Source of the DNA: the human T2T-CHM13v2.0 reference genome, Homo sapiens
DNA: 64,000 nucleotides
Direction: 5' to 3' (one strand)
Assembly: GCF_009914755.1 (NCBI RefSeq)
Contig: NC_060926.1
The translations under genes and the position numbers were made by a program. A model generated the notes under the pieces. It saw only the letters and a program-made list of their open reading frames with translations, made no database searches and was not told where the DNA came from. This document shows, one piece after another, positions 42,011 to 57,177 of this stretch. Within the stretch, counting starts at the first letter, position 1, and each line of letters starts with the position of its first letter.

Positions 42011-42949
42011 GAGCCAGAACACCTTGTACTAGGCTTCTCTTTCTCTGATTACCCAACTACCTTTTTAACAGGGACACATCCGTCCTTCAGGATCTCGGGT
42101 GAACATGACAACATGGCATGGGGATGGTGTTGGAGGCTGGGTCGCTGTGCAGGAAGATGGTGGAGAGGAGACAGGCAAGGCCACACAGCAATGGCTGCGT
42201 CCTGAAGAAGAAGGCTCCACTTTCCTTCATTTCCCTGGGGTTTCAGATTTCAGGAAAACCTAATGCCATTAGTTTGTATCCTTTGCAAATTTCTATCATC
42301 TTTACAGTTTACCGGTTTATCCATTTACTTAATAATTGCTTATTTTTCATTATCATTAACCCATTTCCCAGCATGAAATAGAGTTTTCTTGTCTTAATCT
42401 TCCCCAAGCATATCCCATTTATTATGAAAAAAAATCAAAAGCTATATTCTTGAAATAGTAACATTTTCAATGATATTCTATGTCACTTAATAAAATGTTA
42501 TTTATATTGAACAGGTATGTTTTCAAGATAAGGCATATATTTTGAGGGTGGAGAAGAGGGCATTTTACCTTAATGCCAAGCTCTCCTGTTTCTGTTTGAT
42601 GCAAATGGACATTTGATTTTTCTTTATCTACACATGACGCCCATCCCATTCAAGCAATGAGTCACTCAGCAACCCTGTCCACGTTCTGCACACGGAACAA
42701 CCACATGCCATCTCTTGAAGTTGGTCCCAACACCGCAGGAGAGGAGGGCAGCTGAGCATGGGCAATATGGGTCCTCTGGTCTCATTTGCTTTTGCAGACT
42801 AGTGAACACTTTATTTTTGAAAGATCATACTCGGGTCTTTTCTGCATTAGCACAGTGATACTACATTGTGGTTTGGCCATCGCTTCTTAACAAACCCACA
42901 ATGGTGTTCAGCCAAGATCAGAGCTGGCATAACTAAAACAATCACGGAG

Positions 42950-43145
42950 CGAGTGCGTGCATGTGTGTGTGTGTGTGTGTGCGCGTGCGTGCGTGCATGT
43001 GTGTGCACGCACATGTGTGTGTGCGTGTGTGGGCGCGTGTGCATGCGTGCGTGCGTGTGTGTGTGTGCGTGCGTGTGCGTGTGTGCATGTGTGTGCGTGT
43101 GCGCATGTGTGTGCGTGTGTGTGGTGTGTGTGCGTGTGTGTGTGT
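42950..43145. repeat. ~195-bp alternating purine-pyrimidine (TG/CG/CA)n tract
   Basis: Seen directly; many intact gcgt/gcgc CpGs. Confidence 0.95.
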
Positions 43146-44608
43146 TTGAAGAAGGCTACTGAGAAAGGTAAGGTTTCTAAAGAGCTGCTGGCCAACCCTG
43201 GCCTAAGAAGGCTTCCACCCTGCTCACAATGTATCCCTCCAGACTCTCTGAAGGATGATGCCCTCCAGCAAGCCGAGCCACTAGGAGACAGTCGGGCTCT
43301 GATGAGCAGTAGCAGGGCTGGCAGCAGGGACCAGGACTGATTCCACCTTGAAATATTAAAACTATAAAGGCAGGAAAGAATGTTATTTTCAAAGGTTCGT
43401 TGAAAGGTAGATGCAAGTCTAGTGGGTGGCAGGAAAAAAAAATAAAGTCCCTAAAACAATGGTTTTATTTTTTGAATTAAAATCCAAGCCTGTTCGATTT
43501 TATTTGTCTTTCAGATTTACTAGGAGGATCTGTTTTAGGAATAAGCAATGTTCATAAAGCCAGAGCTTCTCGCCACCGTCCACCATGGAGGGAAACAGTG
43601 CATCGGCAGCATACTAATGTGTATGTACAAGCTTGGAGCCCACAGCTGTGCCTCCCATCACAGAAAGATTGACTCAGATGTCCAGATTTGATAATGAGTG
43701 CAATGCATGTATTTTTTGTCTTTTTTTTTTTACTTTTACCCAGTATTGAATTAAGAACAAAAAACAAAACTGTACAGTGAGTAGCCATATGCCCACCATC
43801 CATAGTCCACCATCAACATTTTGCTATCTCTGCTTTATTATATAACTAACTTCTGTCCATATCCTCAACACCTATAATAATAATCCTTTAATTTGTGAAT
43901 TCATTCATTCATTTATTTGTTTTGTTGCCTTTTAAAGCAAGTTTGAAAGGGAAACTTCGCTAGTTCCGGAGGACAATCATTTTGTTTTTATTTAATGTGC
44001 TGAAAAGTAAATGAACGAAGAACAATGGCATTTGTAATGAAAGCTTCTTTGAGAAACTCATGTGTTTCCAAATTTTTATTTGTCATTTTGACAAAGATTA
44101 TGTTTGCCTGTGAAAAATTGAGAGTTAAAAATAATGAAAGCACTTATCTAAATCATACTAATTCTTCAAACTCTACACATTTTAGATCATGAGGTAGATC
44201 TAACCATTTCCATGGCATATGAATAGGTGGGTGGTATACCGTGTTTGTCCCTTGGTCTGCCACTAATTTTCACATGTTCTAGATACTGCATAGCTCAATC
44301 TAGTAATATACATATGTGGCTCATTCTAATAACTAGTGTTGATAACTACTGACATGTATTGACTAGTAACACTAGCTAATATTTTTTATTGAGTGTGTAT
44401 TCCTATTTGGTATTAGGCCAAATATTTCTTGCAGATTATCTCACTTAATTTACAAACAATTACTTTATTATTATACCATTGGGATTTAAAGAGGTTAAGT
44501 AAACTGCCCAAGTAGGTATGCAGCAGAGCGTAGATACCCACGGTGCCCAAGGCTATAAGCAATCTTTTAACGACCAGAATACACAGACTGCTATATCATG
44601 AATGTTGA

Positions 44609-44963
<355 letters not shown>

Positions 44964-47900
44964 ATATGCAAGGTTCTTAAAAACACTTTATTATACAGAT
45001 AATACAAAGTATATATAAATAGAAGATACAGATAAGCATAAAAATGATCATTTTTTTCTATCTTGGGCTATATCCTTAGATTTTTCTTTACTTGAAACTC
45101 TATTAAAAATAAAATACACTGACAGTATCATTCCTTGAGCTTCATGATAATAGCTAAAATAATAATAATTTGGATATATGATGTAGCAGAATGTAATCTA
45201 AGTGATTTAACTTAAAGAAGCATTGACAAATTCAATCCTCATGAGAACTTTCTGAAGTAGGTAATATGATTTCCCCATTGTACAAATGGAAGCACCAAGA
45301 AAAAGACATGCTTAGTGACTGATTGAGGACAGCCTACCTAGCAAATTACAGAGCCAGATCTTGAATTCTCAAAAGCTCCAGAGCTCACTCTGTTAACCAC
45401 AAGATACAGTACTACAGTAAAATAATCTAGAATCCATAAATTGTATAGTTCAAAAATTTAACTGATCTTTATTTTTGGACAACTAGGTCATTTCCAATTT
45501 TTAGAATTACAAATATTTTTGTGCACATATCTGTTTTCTTCAGAAAATTTATAAAGAAATGGAATTGGTTGCGTAAATAAGTATTTTTTAAGGTTTTTCA
45601 TATATATTCCCATCCTCACCCATAGAAAAGCAAGGGAGATTTACCTTCCTACCAAGAAGACTGAGGAGTGGGGGTTTTCTGCTGAGCTTCCCTAGCATTG
45701 GTTATAATGATTGACTTCTGTGAACTCTGTGACAAATGGTTCTCAATTTGAATTCTAATTTACATTTGCTTGAGAACTAATAAAATTAAACCTGTTTCAT
45801 AATTGGATATCCTTTTTAGTTTCTTTGTTTAGCTTTGTTGTTGTTGTTATTATTTAGTGCTTTTTAATGATCGCACATTTGTCCTCCTGGTGTTTGTGTG
45901 GGTTGTACTGATTTGTGGAAGCTCGCTATATTAAAGTGAAGTTGTCTGTGTCGTGGGAGAGAGGCAAAAGTGTATCCTTTGCCCTTTAACCTTTGAAGAT
46001 AAATTCTTTGCCGTTTACTATCTATAGATACAATGCAAGCATCTAAGAATCCTAAGCTACGGATCAGGTTCCGGCCTTGACTCTGGCTGTATAACCTTGG
46101 ACAAACCACAGCATGTCACTGGCCCTCAGTGTTCTCATCAGTAGAAAGAAGTCGTTATCTCTCTCACTATTACAGGGTCTTTCACCTGGGTGGTTCCCAC
46201 CTACAGAGGTTCTGGGCCTTGTGCAGAGGGCGGCATGTATTCAAAGCTGGACATTTTGCACACTAAATCCTCACCAGTCACCTCCCTGAAGAATCCACTT
46301 CCCTTGCTGGATACAGGCTTCATACTGGCAAGAGTCCTTCTGCCTTAAACATTAAGATCACCCTCCCATTCCCTGCTTTAAACTTTTAACACAGATATTT
46401 AAATAGGAGTCCTTGCCGAATCCCTGAATAATGCTCAGGTAGATTCTTCACAAAAAAAAAAAAAAAAAAAACAAGAAACAAAAACAAACAAAAATTGCTC
46501 AAAAGGAAGCAACTGAACCCATTGCTTTAACAAATGGACTGGTTTTCTCCCTGCCATTATAGACTGATTTTCTCCCTGCCATTTTCTTTTTTTATTATTA
46601 AATTTTGATTTCTGCAATCTGCATCTTTTTTTCTACTTGGTATTTTAATTAGATAGTAGAATTTAAAAATAGGGTCTCCAGTATATTAAGGAAGTTGCAA
46701 TGGCATTTAATTTATGTGGGACAGCTGGTAGATTTCTGATTTGAGAGGATATTTTTTAAAAATTCTGTCATCTGAACTTTGCTTTGGTAAGGCTGCAAAT
46801 TAGCAGCTATTCATTCTTTAATGAACAAGGGTTCATGTAAATTTCAGCTATGAATAGGCAATCAGGATTTCTTTGGGCATAATGGGTTATTTACCAGGCT
46901 TCCATTTCAATTTTGAACTCTTTGCTTCTTTAAGCACCATCCTATATAATTTCGCAGCCATCTAATTACATATGTGTATATTTACCATATAGATATTGCC
47001 TTTGTGCCTATGTCTACTCCAAATTGCTCATTAAAATAGTGGCAAAAGCTCACTCTACCTGAAGTGGAGATATAATATTGAGTTAGCCATGATGAGTCCT
47101 ACAAACTTGGAGCGGGGAGACTGGGAGCAGCCCCACGAGCTGGCTTTGGAGGCATGTGGCACACGGCTGTGGCAGCAGATGGTGGAGCTAAGGCACTTGC
47201 AATTTTGGACATTTCATTATTTTTTTTCCATTGGCTTAAAAGCTTTACTTCAGGAACAATCTTCAGCTGTGAGAAAGATGGTCTATCTGTGTTTTTTTTC
47301 CCTCCTATTTTTGGATAAGTTATGGACCTGACAGATTGCGAGGTTTAAGGAAGACCTAAGGCCATTGGCTTGAATTGGATTTCAGAGACTGGATGGTGGA
47401 CGAGTGCCTAGAAGGACTTAGGATCAAGAAAATGAGCAATGGTTTTCTTGCTTCTACCCCTCCCAGGCTTCAGCCACCTTACTTCCTTTTGATTAAAGTC
47501 CCATTGAGGAGGAAACAAGAATGACAAGCGCCTGTGTTCTCAGTGGTCATACCCATGGTTACAGTGGGAGTGAATTGCAGGCCCACTGGCCCTCTTGCCA
47601 CTGTCTCCTAGTAGGATCCTAGCAAGTCACATTGCATCTCTGGATGTTGTCTGTCTGTCTCCTTTTTGGAATACATGATGGTTTCGAAAAAGTTGTCTAT
47701 TAGGGGCATAAATGATCTAACATTCATTGATCTCTCCAGTCTAACCTGAAGCCATCTATTTATAAACACAATTACATCATTTATGTATTTCAGTGTGTTT
47801 ATAGGTAATATATATATAGTTTGATAGACTGGATTTGGAAAGCATTCTTTGCTCTCAAAACTTAAATTTGTATCCTGTGCAATAATTTTCCAGAGCATAT

Positions 47901-48825
47901 TCATCTGCAAGAGTACCAAGTCAGTGCAGAGCCCTGAGAAGTCCTATAGTCCTTCCTATAAAGTTCTCTGAGCTGCCCAAGGGACAATCAGCCTAACACA
48001 TAAAAAGTGCGTTGAGGGATATCATGCAAAAGGCAAAGGCAAAGACTTGCAAATCTCTCAAGGTGAAGGTCATGTACTTTGAGCCCTCTGGCCCCACACT
48101 TAGTTTTCTGTGTGACCCAAAGCATCTAAAAGACTTCTATTTTAAATAGAATCAAAAGAATGACAATAATTTAGGCTCACTTATGTGTATCCATATATTT
48201 GCTATAAAATATTAAAAACTGACAGGCTGGTTTAACCATTGCCAGGCCAATGTTATTCCACTTTCCACTTCTTCCACTACATGTTCCCACTGGATTTGCA
48301 AGGTTATCAACAATTTCAGCAGCCCTTTGAGAAGCAAGGGGCTCCCCTTTCCTCCCTGACAGAAGCCTCCATCACAACCTTGCTGCCCCTCACAAAGGCG
48401 ATTGCCAATGCCAAGCACATGCAAGCTTAACATGGGCTGGCTTAGTATGTCCCCAGCAAGTGGAGGGGGCTTCATGTTTTTTCTTGAATTGCCAGTTTTT
48501 GTTCTCCTTTTGGCATGTAGAGGTACTGTGAACCCAGCTAATGAGCAATGGCCATGCCTGTCATCTGGCACCCTGGGTATCTTTGTGCAGTGCAGAATGG
48601 CAGAGAAGCCAAGCTACCTTCCTGCATCTCCTTTCTCTGCAATGCTTCTAGAAAGGCCCCAGTGTTTTGGTTTGGTGGATAAAGTGCCAGCCATGGTACT
48701 GCTGCCAACTGGAGAGGTAACTTTTGCCATAGTGGGTTCAGAAGAGTGAGTGTCACTTCCACACTTCCAACTCAAAAGTGTGACACTTCCTTATGACACA
48801 CTGAAAAAAATACTAGACTCTGTGA

Positions 48826-49154
<329 letters not shown>

Positions 49155-49168
49155 TGACATGTTACTCA

Positions 49169-49492
<324 letters not shown>

Positions 49493-51500
49493 AAAGGCTC
49501 AAACCTGTTTTTCTCCACCCTCCACTGCCCCTTCTCACTTTGTACTGTGACATGGCCACACCTCCCCACTCCCCCGAGCCAATTAGAGGGCTCTTCACTG
49601 CTTTTTCTTTGGCTGAGAATGCTCACTTTCTTCTTTCTGGAATTATCTAAATCCTTCTCCTACAAATGCTGTATCAGCCTTCTTGGCCTCTCCAGGTAGA
49701 CATGACTCCCTCCTGGGTGCTCTGCTGGCTCCTGGTTGTCATGCCATGGCTTTTGCACAGGGATTAGCTGGGCCCTTCCCAGATACCCTTCCCCCACTGA
49801 GCTGGGCACTGTCTGTGCTGGGTTCTGCAAGTTCTCATGCATTTCTTAATGATCATTGATATACATTAGTACTACTTTTCCATGACCCATGTAGGGGGTG
49901 TAGCTAAAAGCTTTTCAGGGATCTCTGTCAGCTCTAGACCTGACATCTGCACAGCATCTACCAGCCTCTGCCTGCCATGCCAGAGGCTGCTTCGGCAGCC
50001 CAGGCCTGATGCGGGATCTGGTCTTGGTTACATAGTCGTTCTGATGTAATGTCTCCCCAGTTGGGGCGCCTGGCCCAGCATCCCAGCCTGTGGGGTGGAG
50101 AGAGGAAGGGAGGAGGCTATGACCTGAGACCAACCCCCTTTGAGGCTGCAAGGGGGCCTCCTGCTTACTTGGATTAGTCAATTAGGTAAATATTACTCCT
50201 GGGCCTGTCTGGAAAGAAATAACAAACAACATATTCTGCAAATGGAAAAGCTGATCCAGGCCCAGTGACTGACAATCCAGGTGGTGTCCCCGCCCGCCCA
50301 GCTCTAAATCAGGGTAGGTCATTAATATGCTAACAACGCTGAAGTCAATTGGCTCCCATGGCGACAGCTCTGAAGCCTTCATGAATAATCCATGGAGCAC
50401 CTGGAGGCATGAAATTTTCATTGCAGACTTGGTAGAGGAGCTTTGGGTGTGGGGAATCACAAGTGCAAGACACGCCTGGCTCCTGGAGCATGGCGACCCA
50501 CAGCCCCTTGAGTCTGAGCACAGCACTGGCCACACCCCAGAGCCCCAGAGAGAGCCTGACTCTTGGCCATGTGCCAGGAGACATATAGGCTGGAAGGCTT
50601 CAGTCTCTGCATTGAAAACTAGAGCAAAAAAATGGAATTCGTTTTCTAAAAACAGCTCTGATCCTGTGTTCTCTGACAGTCTAGCATGAGCAGAGCACTT
50701 CCCAGACACCCTGTCCCAATGCACCCATAACAATCTTAGTCACAATCTTTATCCTACAGAGGGGTCTGACTCAAAGATCCACTTGATTTCAGGCTGCATT
50801 TTCCCTTTGCTCTTTTGTTTCCCCTTTACCTTCCCTAAATCTCCATTTTCTTCTTTATAAAACAGGTAGCAACGACGTATCCAAGACACTGTGAGAACTG
50901 AATGGAATGCACTTCAAACATTCGTGGCACAGTCTTACATATTCAGCCTTTACCTGCCTCATTGGTGACTGGGAGTCAGCCTTGCTCTCTGATTAAGCTC
51001 ACCTCTCTCTCTCCACTGAGAAGACATTCTTTTCTTTTTCATAATTTTTTCCAGTCTTCAGGATGTTTATTGAGCAATCAAGTATGGCATGGTTTTCCAT
51101 GATGTAAAAGCAGGAAGGGGTTGTTTCCGAGAATTAAAACGTTAGACTTCCCTGAGCTGCAGTCTGTTTGTCACTCTAACGAGGATTGTTATTTGAGTGC
51201 TGTGGCTTTTATCTTCAGGCGTTGATTGCAGCCACCACTGCCTCCTTGATTCCATTTATATACCAGTCCTTCTCCTTTGGTTCAACGATTCCTTTCCTTT
51301 CTTCCTTGTTCAGTTTGACTTGATGTACTTTGATGTTACAGTGGCCTGGATCCTTTGTTTACCTGTTTCAAATTTTATGAACACAAATCACACAGTAAAC
51401 ATGAAGAGAATTTTCATTTCCAAACAGCAAGCTGTTCTGAAATGGGGAATCTTCCCCCATTTTTTTTTCTTTCTTTAAAAAAAAATTTTTTAATGACTAG

Positions 51501-53775
51501 TGATATGGCTTGGCTGTGTCCCCACCCAAATCTCATCTTGAATAGAAACTCCCATAGTTCCACATGTCATGGGAGGAACCCAGTGGGAGGTGTTTGAATT
51601 ATGGGGGCGGGTCTTTCCTGTGCTTTTCTTGTGATAGTGAATGAGTCTCACGAGACCTGATGGTTTTATAAAGAAGAGTTTTCCTGCACAAACTCTCTTC
51701 TCTTGTCTGCCACCATGTGAGATGTGCCTTTCACCTTCTGCCATTATTGTGAGGCCTTCCCAGCCACGTGGAACTGTAGATTCATTAAATCTCTTTCTTT
51801 TGTAAATTGACCAGTCTTGGGTATGTCTTTATCAGCAGTGTGAAAACAAACTAATACAATAAATTGGTACCAGGAGAGTGGGGTGCTGCTGAAAAGGTAC
51901 CTGAAAATGTGGAAGCAACTTTGGAACTGGGTACCAGGCATAGGTTGGAACGGTTTGGGGGGCTCAGAAGAAGACAGGAAAATGTGGGTAAGTTTGTAGG
52001 GACTTGTTGAATGGCTTTTACCAAAATGCTGATAATGATATGGACAATGAAATACAGGCTGAGGTGATCTCAGATGAAGATGAAGAACTTGTTGGGAACT
52101 GGAGCAAAGGTGACTCTTGTTATGTTTTAGCAAAGAGACTGGCAACATTTTGCCCCTGACCTAGAGATTTGTGGAGCTTTGAACTTGAGAGAGATGATTT
52201 AGAGTATCTGGCAGAAGAAATTTCTAAGCAGCAAAACATTCGAGAGGTGACTTGAGGGCTCTTAAAACCATTCAGTTTTAAAAGGAAAACACAGCATAAA
52301 AGTTTGGAAAATTTGCAGCCTGACAATGTGACAGAAAAGAAAGTCTCATTTTCTGAGGAGAAATACAAGCTGGCTGCAGAAATTTGCATAAGTAACAAGG
52401 AGCCAAATGTTAATCCCCAAGACAATGGGAAAAATGTTTCCAGGGCATGTCAGAAGTCTTCACAGCAGCCGCCATCACAGGCCTGGAGGCCTAGGAGAAA
52501 ATGGTTTCCTGGGCTGAGCCCAGGGTCCCTGTGCTGTGTGCAGTCTAGGGACTTGGTACCCTGCCTCCCAGTCACTCCAGCCATGAGTAAAAGGGGCCAG
52601 AGTAGAGCCTGGGCCATGGCTTCAGTAGGTGCAAGCTGCAAGCCTTGCAGCTTCCACATGATGTTGAGCCTGCGAGTGCACGGAAGTCAAGAATTGAGGT
52701 TTGGGAACTTCTGTCTAGATTTCAGAAGATGTATGGAAATGGCTGGATGCCCAGGCAGAAGTTTGCTGTCGGGGTGGGGTCCTCATGGAGAACCTCTGCT
52801 AGGGCAATGCAGAAGAGAAATGTGTGGTGGGAGCCCACTCAGAGTTTCTACTGGGACACCACCTAGTGAAGCTTTGAGAAGAGGGCCACCATCCTCCAGA
52901 CCCCAGAATGATAGATCCATGGACAGCTTGCACCATGCACCTGGAAAAGCTGCAAACACTCAACTCCAGATCACGGAAGCAGCTGGATGGGAGGCTGTAC
53001 CCTGCAAAGTCACAGGGGTGGAGCTGCCCAAGACCATGGGAACCCACCTCTTGCATCAGCGTAACCTGGATCTGAGACCTGCAGTTAAAGGAGATCATTT
53101 TGGAGCTTTAAGATTTGACAGCCTTGTTGGATTTTGGACTTGCGTGGGGCCTGTAGCCTCTTTGCTTTGGCCAATTTCTCCCATTTGGAATGGCTGAATT
53201 TACCCAGTGCCTGTACCCCCATTGTAGCTAGGAAGTAATTAACTTGCTTTTGATTTTACAGGCTCATAGGCAGAAGGCACTTGCCTTATCACAGATGAGA
53301 CATTGGACTATGGACTTCTAAGTTCATTCTGAAATGAATTAAGACTTTGGGGGACTGTTAGGAAGGCATGATTGGTTTTAACATGTGAGGACATGAGATT
53401 TGGGAGGGGCCAGGGACAGAATCATATGGTTTGGCTGTGTCCCCACCCAAATCTCATCTTGAGTTGTAACTCCCACAATTCCCAGGTGTCTTGGGAGGTA
53501 CCTGGTGGGAGGTGATTGAATTAGGAGGGCAGGTCTTTCCTGTGCTTTTCTCATGATAGTGAATGAGTCTCATGAGATCTGATGGTTTTAAAAAGGGGAG
53601 TTTCCCTGCACAAACACTCTTCTCTTGTCTGCCACCATGTGAGATGTGCCTTTCACCTTCCTCCATGATTGTGAGGCCTCCCTGGCCATGTGGAACTCTG
53701 AGTTCATTAAATGTCTTTCTTTTGTAAATTGTCTTAGGTATGTCTTTATCAATAGTGTGAAAACAGATTAATACA
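51501..53775 (+). mobile_element. Full-length THE1 (THE1B/C-type) MaLR provirus: 5'LTR 51501-51858, internal 51859-53421, 3'LTR 53422-53775
   Basis: Two direct ~355-bp LTRs (t(g/c)atatgg..ggctgtgtccccacccaaatctc..taataca), THE1-int start aaattggtacc, 5-bp TSD actag/agtag. Confidence 0.95.
52304..53197 (+). pseudogene. Remnant of the THE1 internal (MaLR gag-derived) ORF, 297 codons open, TTG start
   Basis: ENLQPDNV..AAEICISNKEPNVNPQDNG and RRGPPSSRPQN..PKTMGTHLLHQ are THE1-int peptide motifs; the middle part is off-frame. Confidence 0.7.
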
Positions 53776-55210
53776 AGTAGGATGCAGTTTTGGAAATATT
53801 AAACTGAGGTTCAAAAAATATTTAAAATGTGCTAATTTAATAAGAAATGCAACCTGTATAAATGCCAGATATAGCTGTTTTAAAAAAATCTACCTATATG
53901 AGAGCAGGGCCTGGGGGTGATTGGCTGGAGACCTGGGAGGGACAGCTTGGGCTTAGAAATGGCAACACTGTGTTCTTGGTTCATTTCTTCCCACCACACA
54001 TTCCCTGTTAGTCTTCCTTGGCATCTCCCAGATTTGGAAAGAAATGTCTCCTGTGCCTTCCCTGGGTGGCTTCTCCTTCCCCTGCAGGCCCAGGACTCTT
54101 TGGCTCTACCCCCTGCTAGGCAGGGCTTCCCACACAGCCCCACCTCCATCCCCAGCCCGGCTCAGCCTCTACAGACCAATCTTCTGAGACATGTAGGCCT
54201 TTTCCTGGAGACACCACACCTGTCAGACTCCATTCCTGAACATCTTACACATTTTCTCCTGCTGGCCTTCGCATGTTCCTCCCACACTTCCAGCCCCATC
54301 TCTCTTGGGATCCATGTAATTAGTCCCACTGCTTATTCCTTACCCTCTGTATTCAACCCTTCCAAATCTATTCTCTATTTTGTTGACAGTTATGTTTCCA
54401 AAAATCAAGCTTAAGCCTATCATTCTCTTTTTAAAATTCTTGCAAAGGCTCTCTTTGATTGTGAAAAGAATCCAGGGTCCTGAGAAATCAGATTGAGAGA
54501 CTTATTACAGAATTGCTTTCTGATTCACTTTCCTTAACTGTCTGCGAGTTTGTGAAAGCAGGGACAACATTTTACTGGTAATCTTTGGACTCTGGTAGGT
54601 AAATATATGGAGCTGACATTTTTGAAATACTTATTACGTGCCAGATAGTAGCTGCATCTTTGCCAAGCATTATTTCTTAGCAATAGCTTTATGAAGTAAC
54701 CATATTTTTCTTCTTTTTTAAATATGTAACACATCCAAAATGAGGTGTGTAGCACTTTAAATTAGGAAATATTACAACAAAATGAGCATTCCAAAATACA
54801 GCCCACAACCTAAAAACTAGGAAAATGCTCATCCATGTATCCTTTTGTGCACACACCTCCACTTCACTTGTCCTACCTTACTCCAAGGGGAACCCATGTC
54901 CTGCTTTTGCATCTTCATTCTTAGAGTTTTAAAATATTTTTGTGCCTGCATGTGTGGACTCCAAAAGAGTATTTGTTCCATATGCACTATTCTGAGATGC
55001 CCATTCAATTACATTTGATAACTTCATTGTTTCCTATCATATACAATATTACTAGTATTTTTTCTATTTGATGTATAAACAAATCATGCAAATCTCTAAA
55101 TATGATTCTAATATTTTTGTAATTCTATCAATTTTAATTTTTTTAATATTTGAGACTGTTTTGAAGTATATTGAAGTTTAGAATTATTACACCTTCCAAA
55201 TTCTATAATT

Positions 55211-55523
55211 TAGGTTTTTTGTTTGTTTGTTTGTTTGTTTGGAGACAGGGTCTCACTCTGTCGCCCAGTCTGGAGTACGGTTGTGTGATCACAGCTCACT
55301 GCAACCTCCACCTTTTGGACTCAAGCGATCTTCCCACCTCAGCCTCCTGATTAGCTGGGACTACAAGTGTGTACCACCACACCTGGCTAACTTTTGTATT
55401 TTTAGTAGAGACAGGTTTTCCCCATGTTGGACACGCTGGTCTTCAATTCCTGACCTCAAGTGATCTGCCTGCCTTGGCCTCCCGAAGTTCTGGGATTATA
55501 GGCGTGAGCCACCATGCCTAGCC
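55211..55523 (-). mobile_element. AluJb/Sz-like
   Basis: gagacagggtctcactctgtcgccc..ctcaagcgatcttcccacc..gagccaccatgcctagcc; TSD caaattcta. Confidence 0.9.
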
Positions 55524-56299
55524 TCAAATTCTATTATTATATAGTCCCTTGTTACACACTTAATATGAGTTTTGTCCTAAGGCCAATTTAGTCTGATTTT
55601 AGTAAAGTTACTCAAGCTTTGCTTTTGTCTGATATAAACTTTGTCTGATACAACTTTTTGTCTGATGTAACCTTTTCATTCTTTTTCTTCCAAACATTCT
55701 ACATTGTTTTTCTTATAAAGAGCCTATAACAGGCTTCCTTCTATAATTTGAAATACAAAAATATATTTTAACTAGCAAGTTTAGTCGATTTACATTTATT
55801 GGAAAGACTATCAATATTGGCATATTTAAATTTGTTTCTATACTCTTCACTTCTGCTTTCTATTGCTCCCAGTTTTTTCATTATTTTATCTTGCTTTCTA
55901 AAAAGACATTTTGTTGTTCCTTTTTTTTTCTGTTATCTTCATTATTCCATTTTCTCTCATAATAGTTTGATATTCCTGCACTCTATATTTCTAGTGGTTA
56001 CTCTTGAAAATCTACTTTTTACGTGTCACTTAACATTATGTAAATTTACTTAATATACTAAAAACAAACTTAGAGCAGTCGGCTTTTTATTCTTTTTATT
56101 TATTTCTTCTTGGCTAACATTTATTACGGTTATGAATTTTTATCCTTTTATAAACAAAAAACACGTATTATTATTGTCATATAAATTTTGTTTTATCTTG
56201 TATTATACAACACCCTGCCCCAATTTGCGTTGCTTCCCATCTCTTTCTAGATCTCAGACATTCCTTCTGGAGCATTTTCCCTTCTTGGGAAGGGCAGAG

Positions 56300-56600
56300 T
56301 TGTGCCTCCTGGGCTCACAGCACCAACACTGCCTGGGAGCTTGTAAGAGACTCAAGTATTCAGTCCCCACCATAGGCCTAGAGAAACAGGGTCCTGGGGA
56401 TGGGCCCAGAAATTCACATTTGTATAGACTTCCCAGGAAGACTCCATAACTTGTCAGACCCAGCACGGATGAAAATGGGGAGCTGCCCTTTGCTCAACAT
56501 GATTAACAATTTTAGGATGGCCATAGCAGAGCCTTCAATCAAGTTCAGGGCCCTTCTGAGCTTGCAGACTCTGGGTGACTGCCCATGGAGCTGGCCTTGA
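56300..56600. mobile_element. MER5A-like fragment followed by MER45-like fragment
   Basis: cctgggagcttgtaaga..ggggatgggcccagaaattcacattt (MER5A); gggcccttctgagc..gcccatggagctggcc (MER45). Confidence 0.5.
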
Positions 56601-56634
56601 CTTTCATGTGGTATCTTCAATTATTCAGTGAGGA

Positions 56635-56795
56635 AGATTTGTGTGTTCTTCCTCCATTTATTCAATCATTTATTTATATCAGTATGAACCTATTACATAT
56701 TTTATACATGCATTTATAATCCAATACCTTGGTTTTCTTGCCAAAATTGTTCCAGCTTGTGCCATTGGAAGCTCTTCCCAGTTGTCCTTCCTTAC
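56635..56795 (-). mobile_element. L1MC-type 3' fragment
   Basis: atttattcaatcatttatttatatcagtatg..aaaattgttccagctt..ccattggaagctct. Confidence 0.65.
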
Positions 56796-57177
56796 TGTGT
56801 AATGGTGAACCTAGTGAATTAAGTTGGAGCCCTTTGTAGAGGCTTCCATAATCCTTTTGCATTGCTCCCCTAACACAATTCAAGGTCACCGATCCAAATG
56901 ACAGAGAAGGCTGAGAATCAGAAGTGTTCTGTGGCCTTTGTGGGCAAAATGAGGGCTGGCAGGACCCAAATGAGAAGGAAGTTTACTAACAAAAAGAAAG
57001 TGTATCAGGCAAGGCTGACTGCACCTGCCCTCCGGCTGCCCCCACTGAGGTCTGCTGCACAGGCTGCCAGGCACAGGTTTGGTTCTGAGTGGAACAATCC
57101 TGTGTTCCTTAGAGTCTTAACTCTAAGTCTTCTGTGGGCGACAGGATCCTGGCAACCTCAGCAATTGCCTGGAGGCC

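Noticed and set aside
42847-43340. Cys/Val- and His/Thr-rich ORFs (also 10210-10456, 12952-13430)
   Set aside because: Translations of dinucleotide microsatellites.
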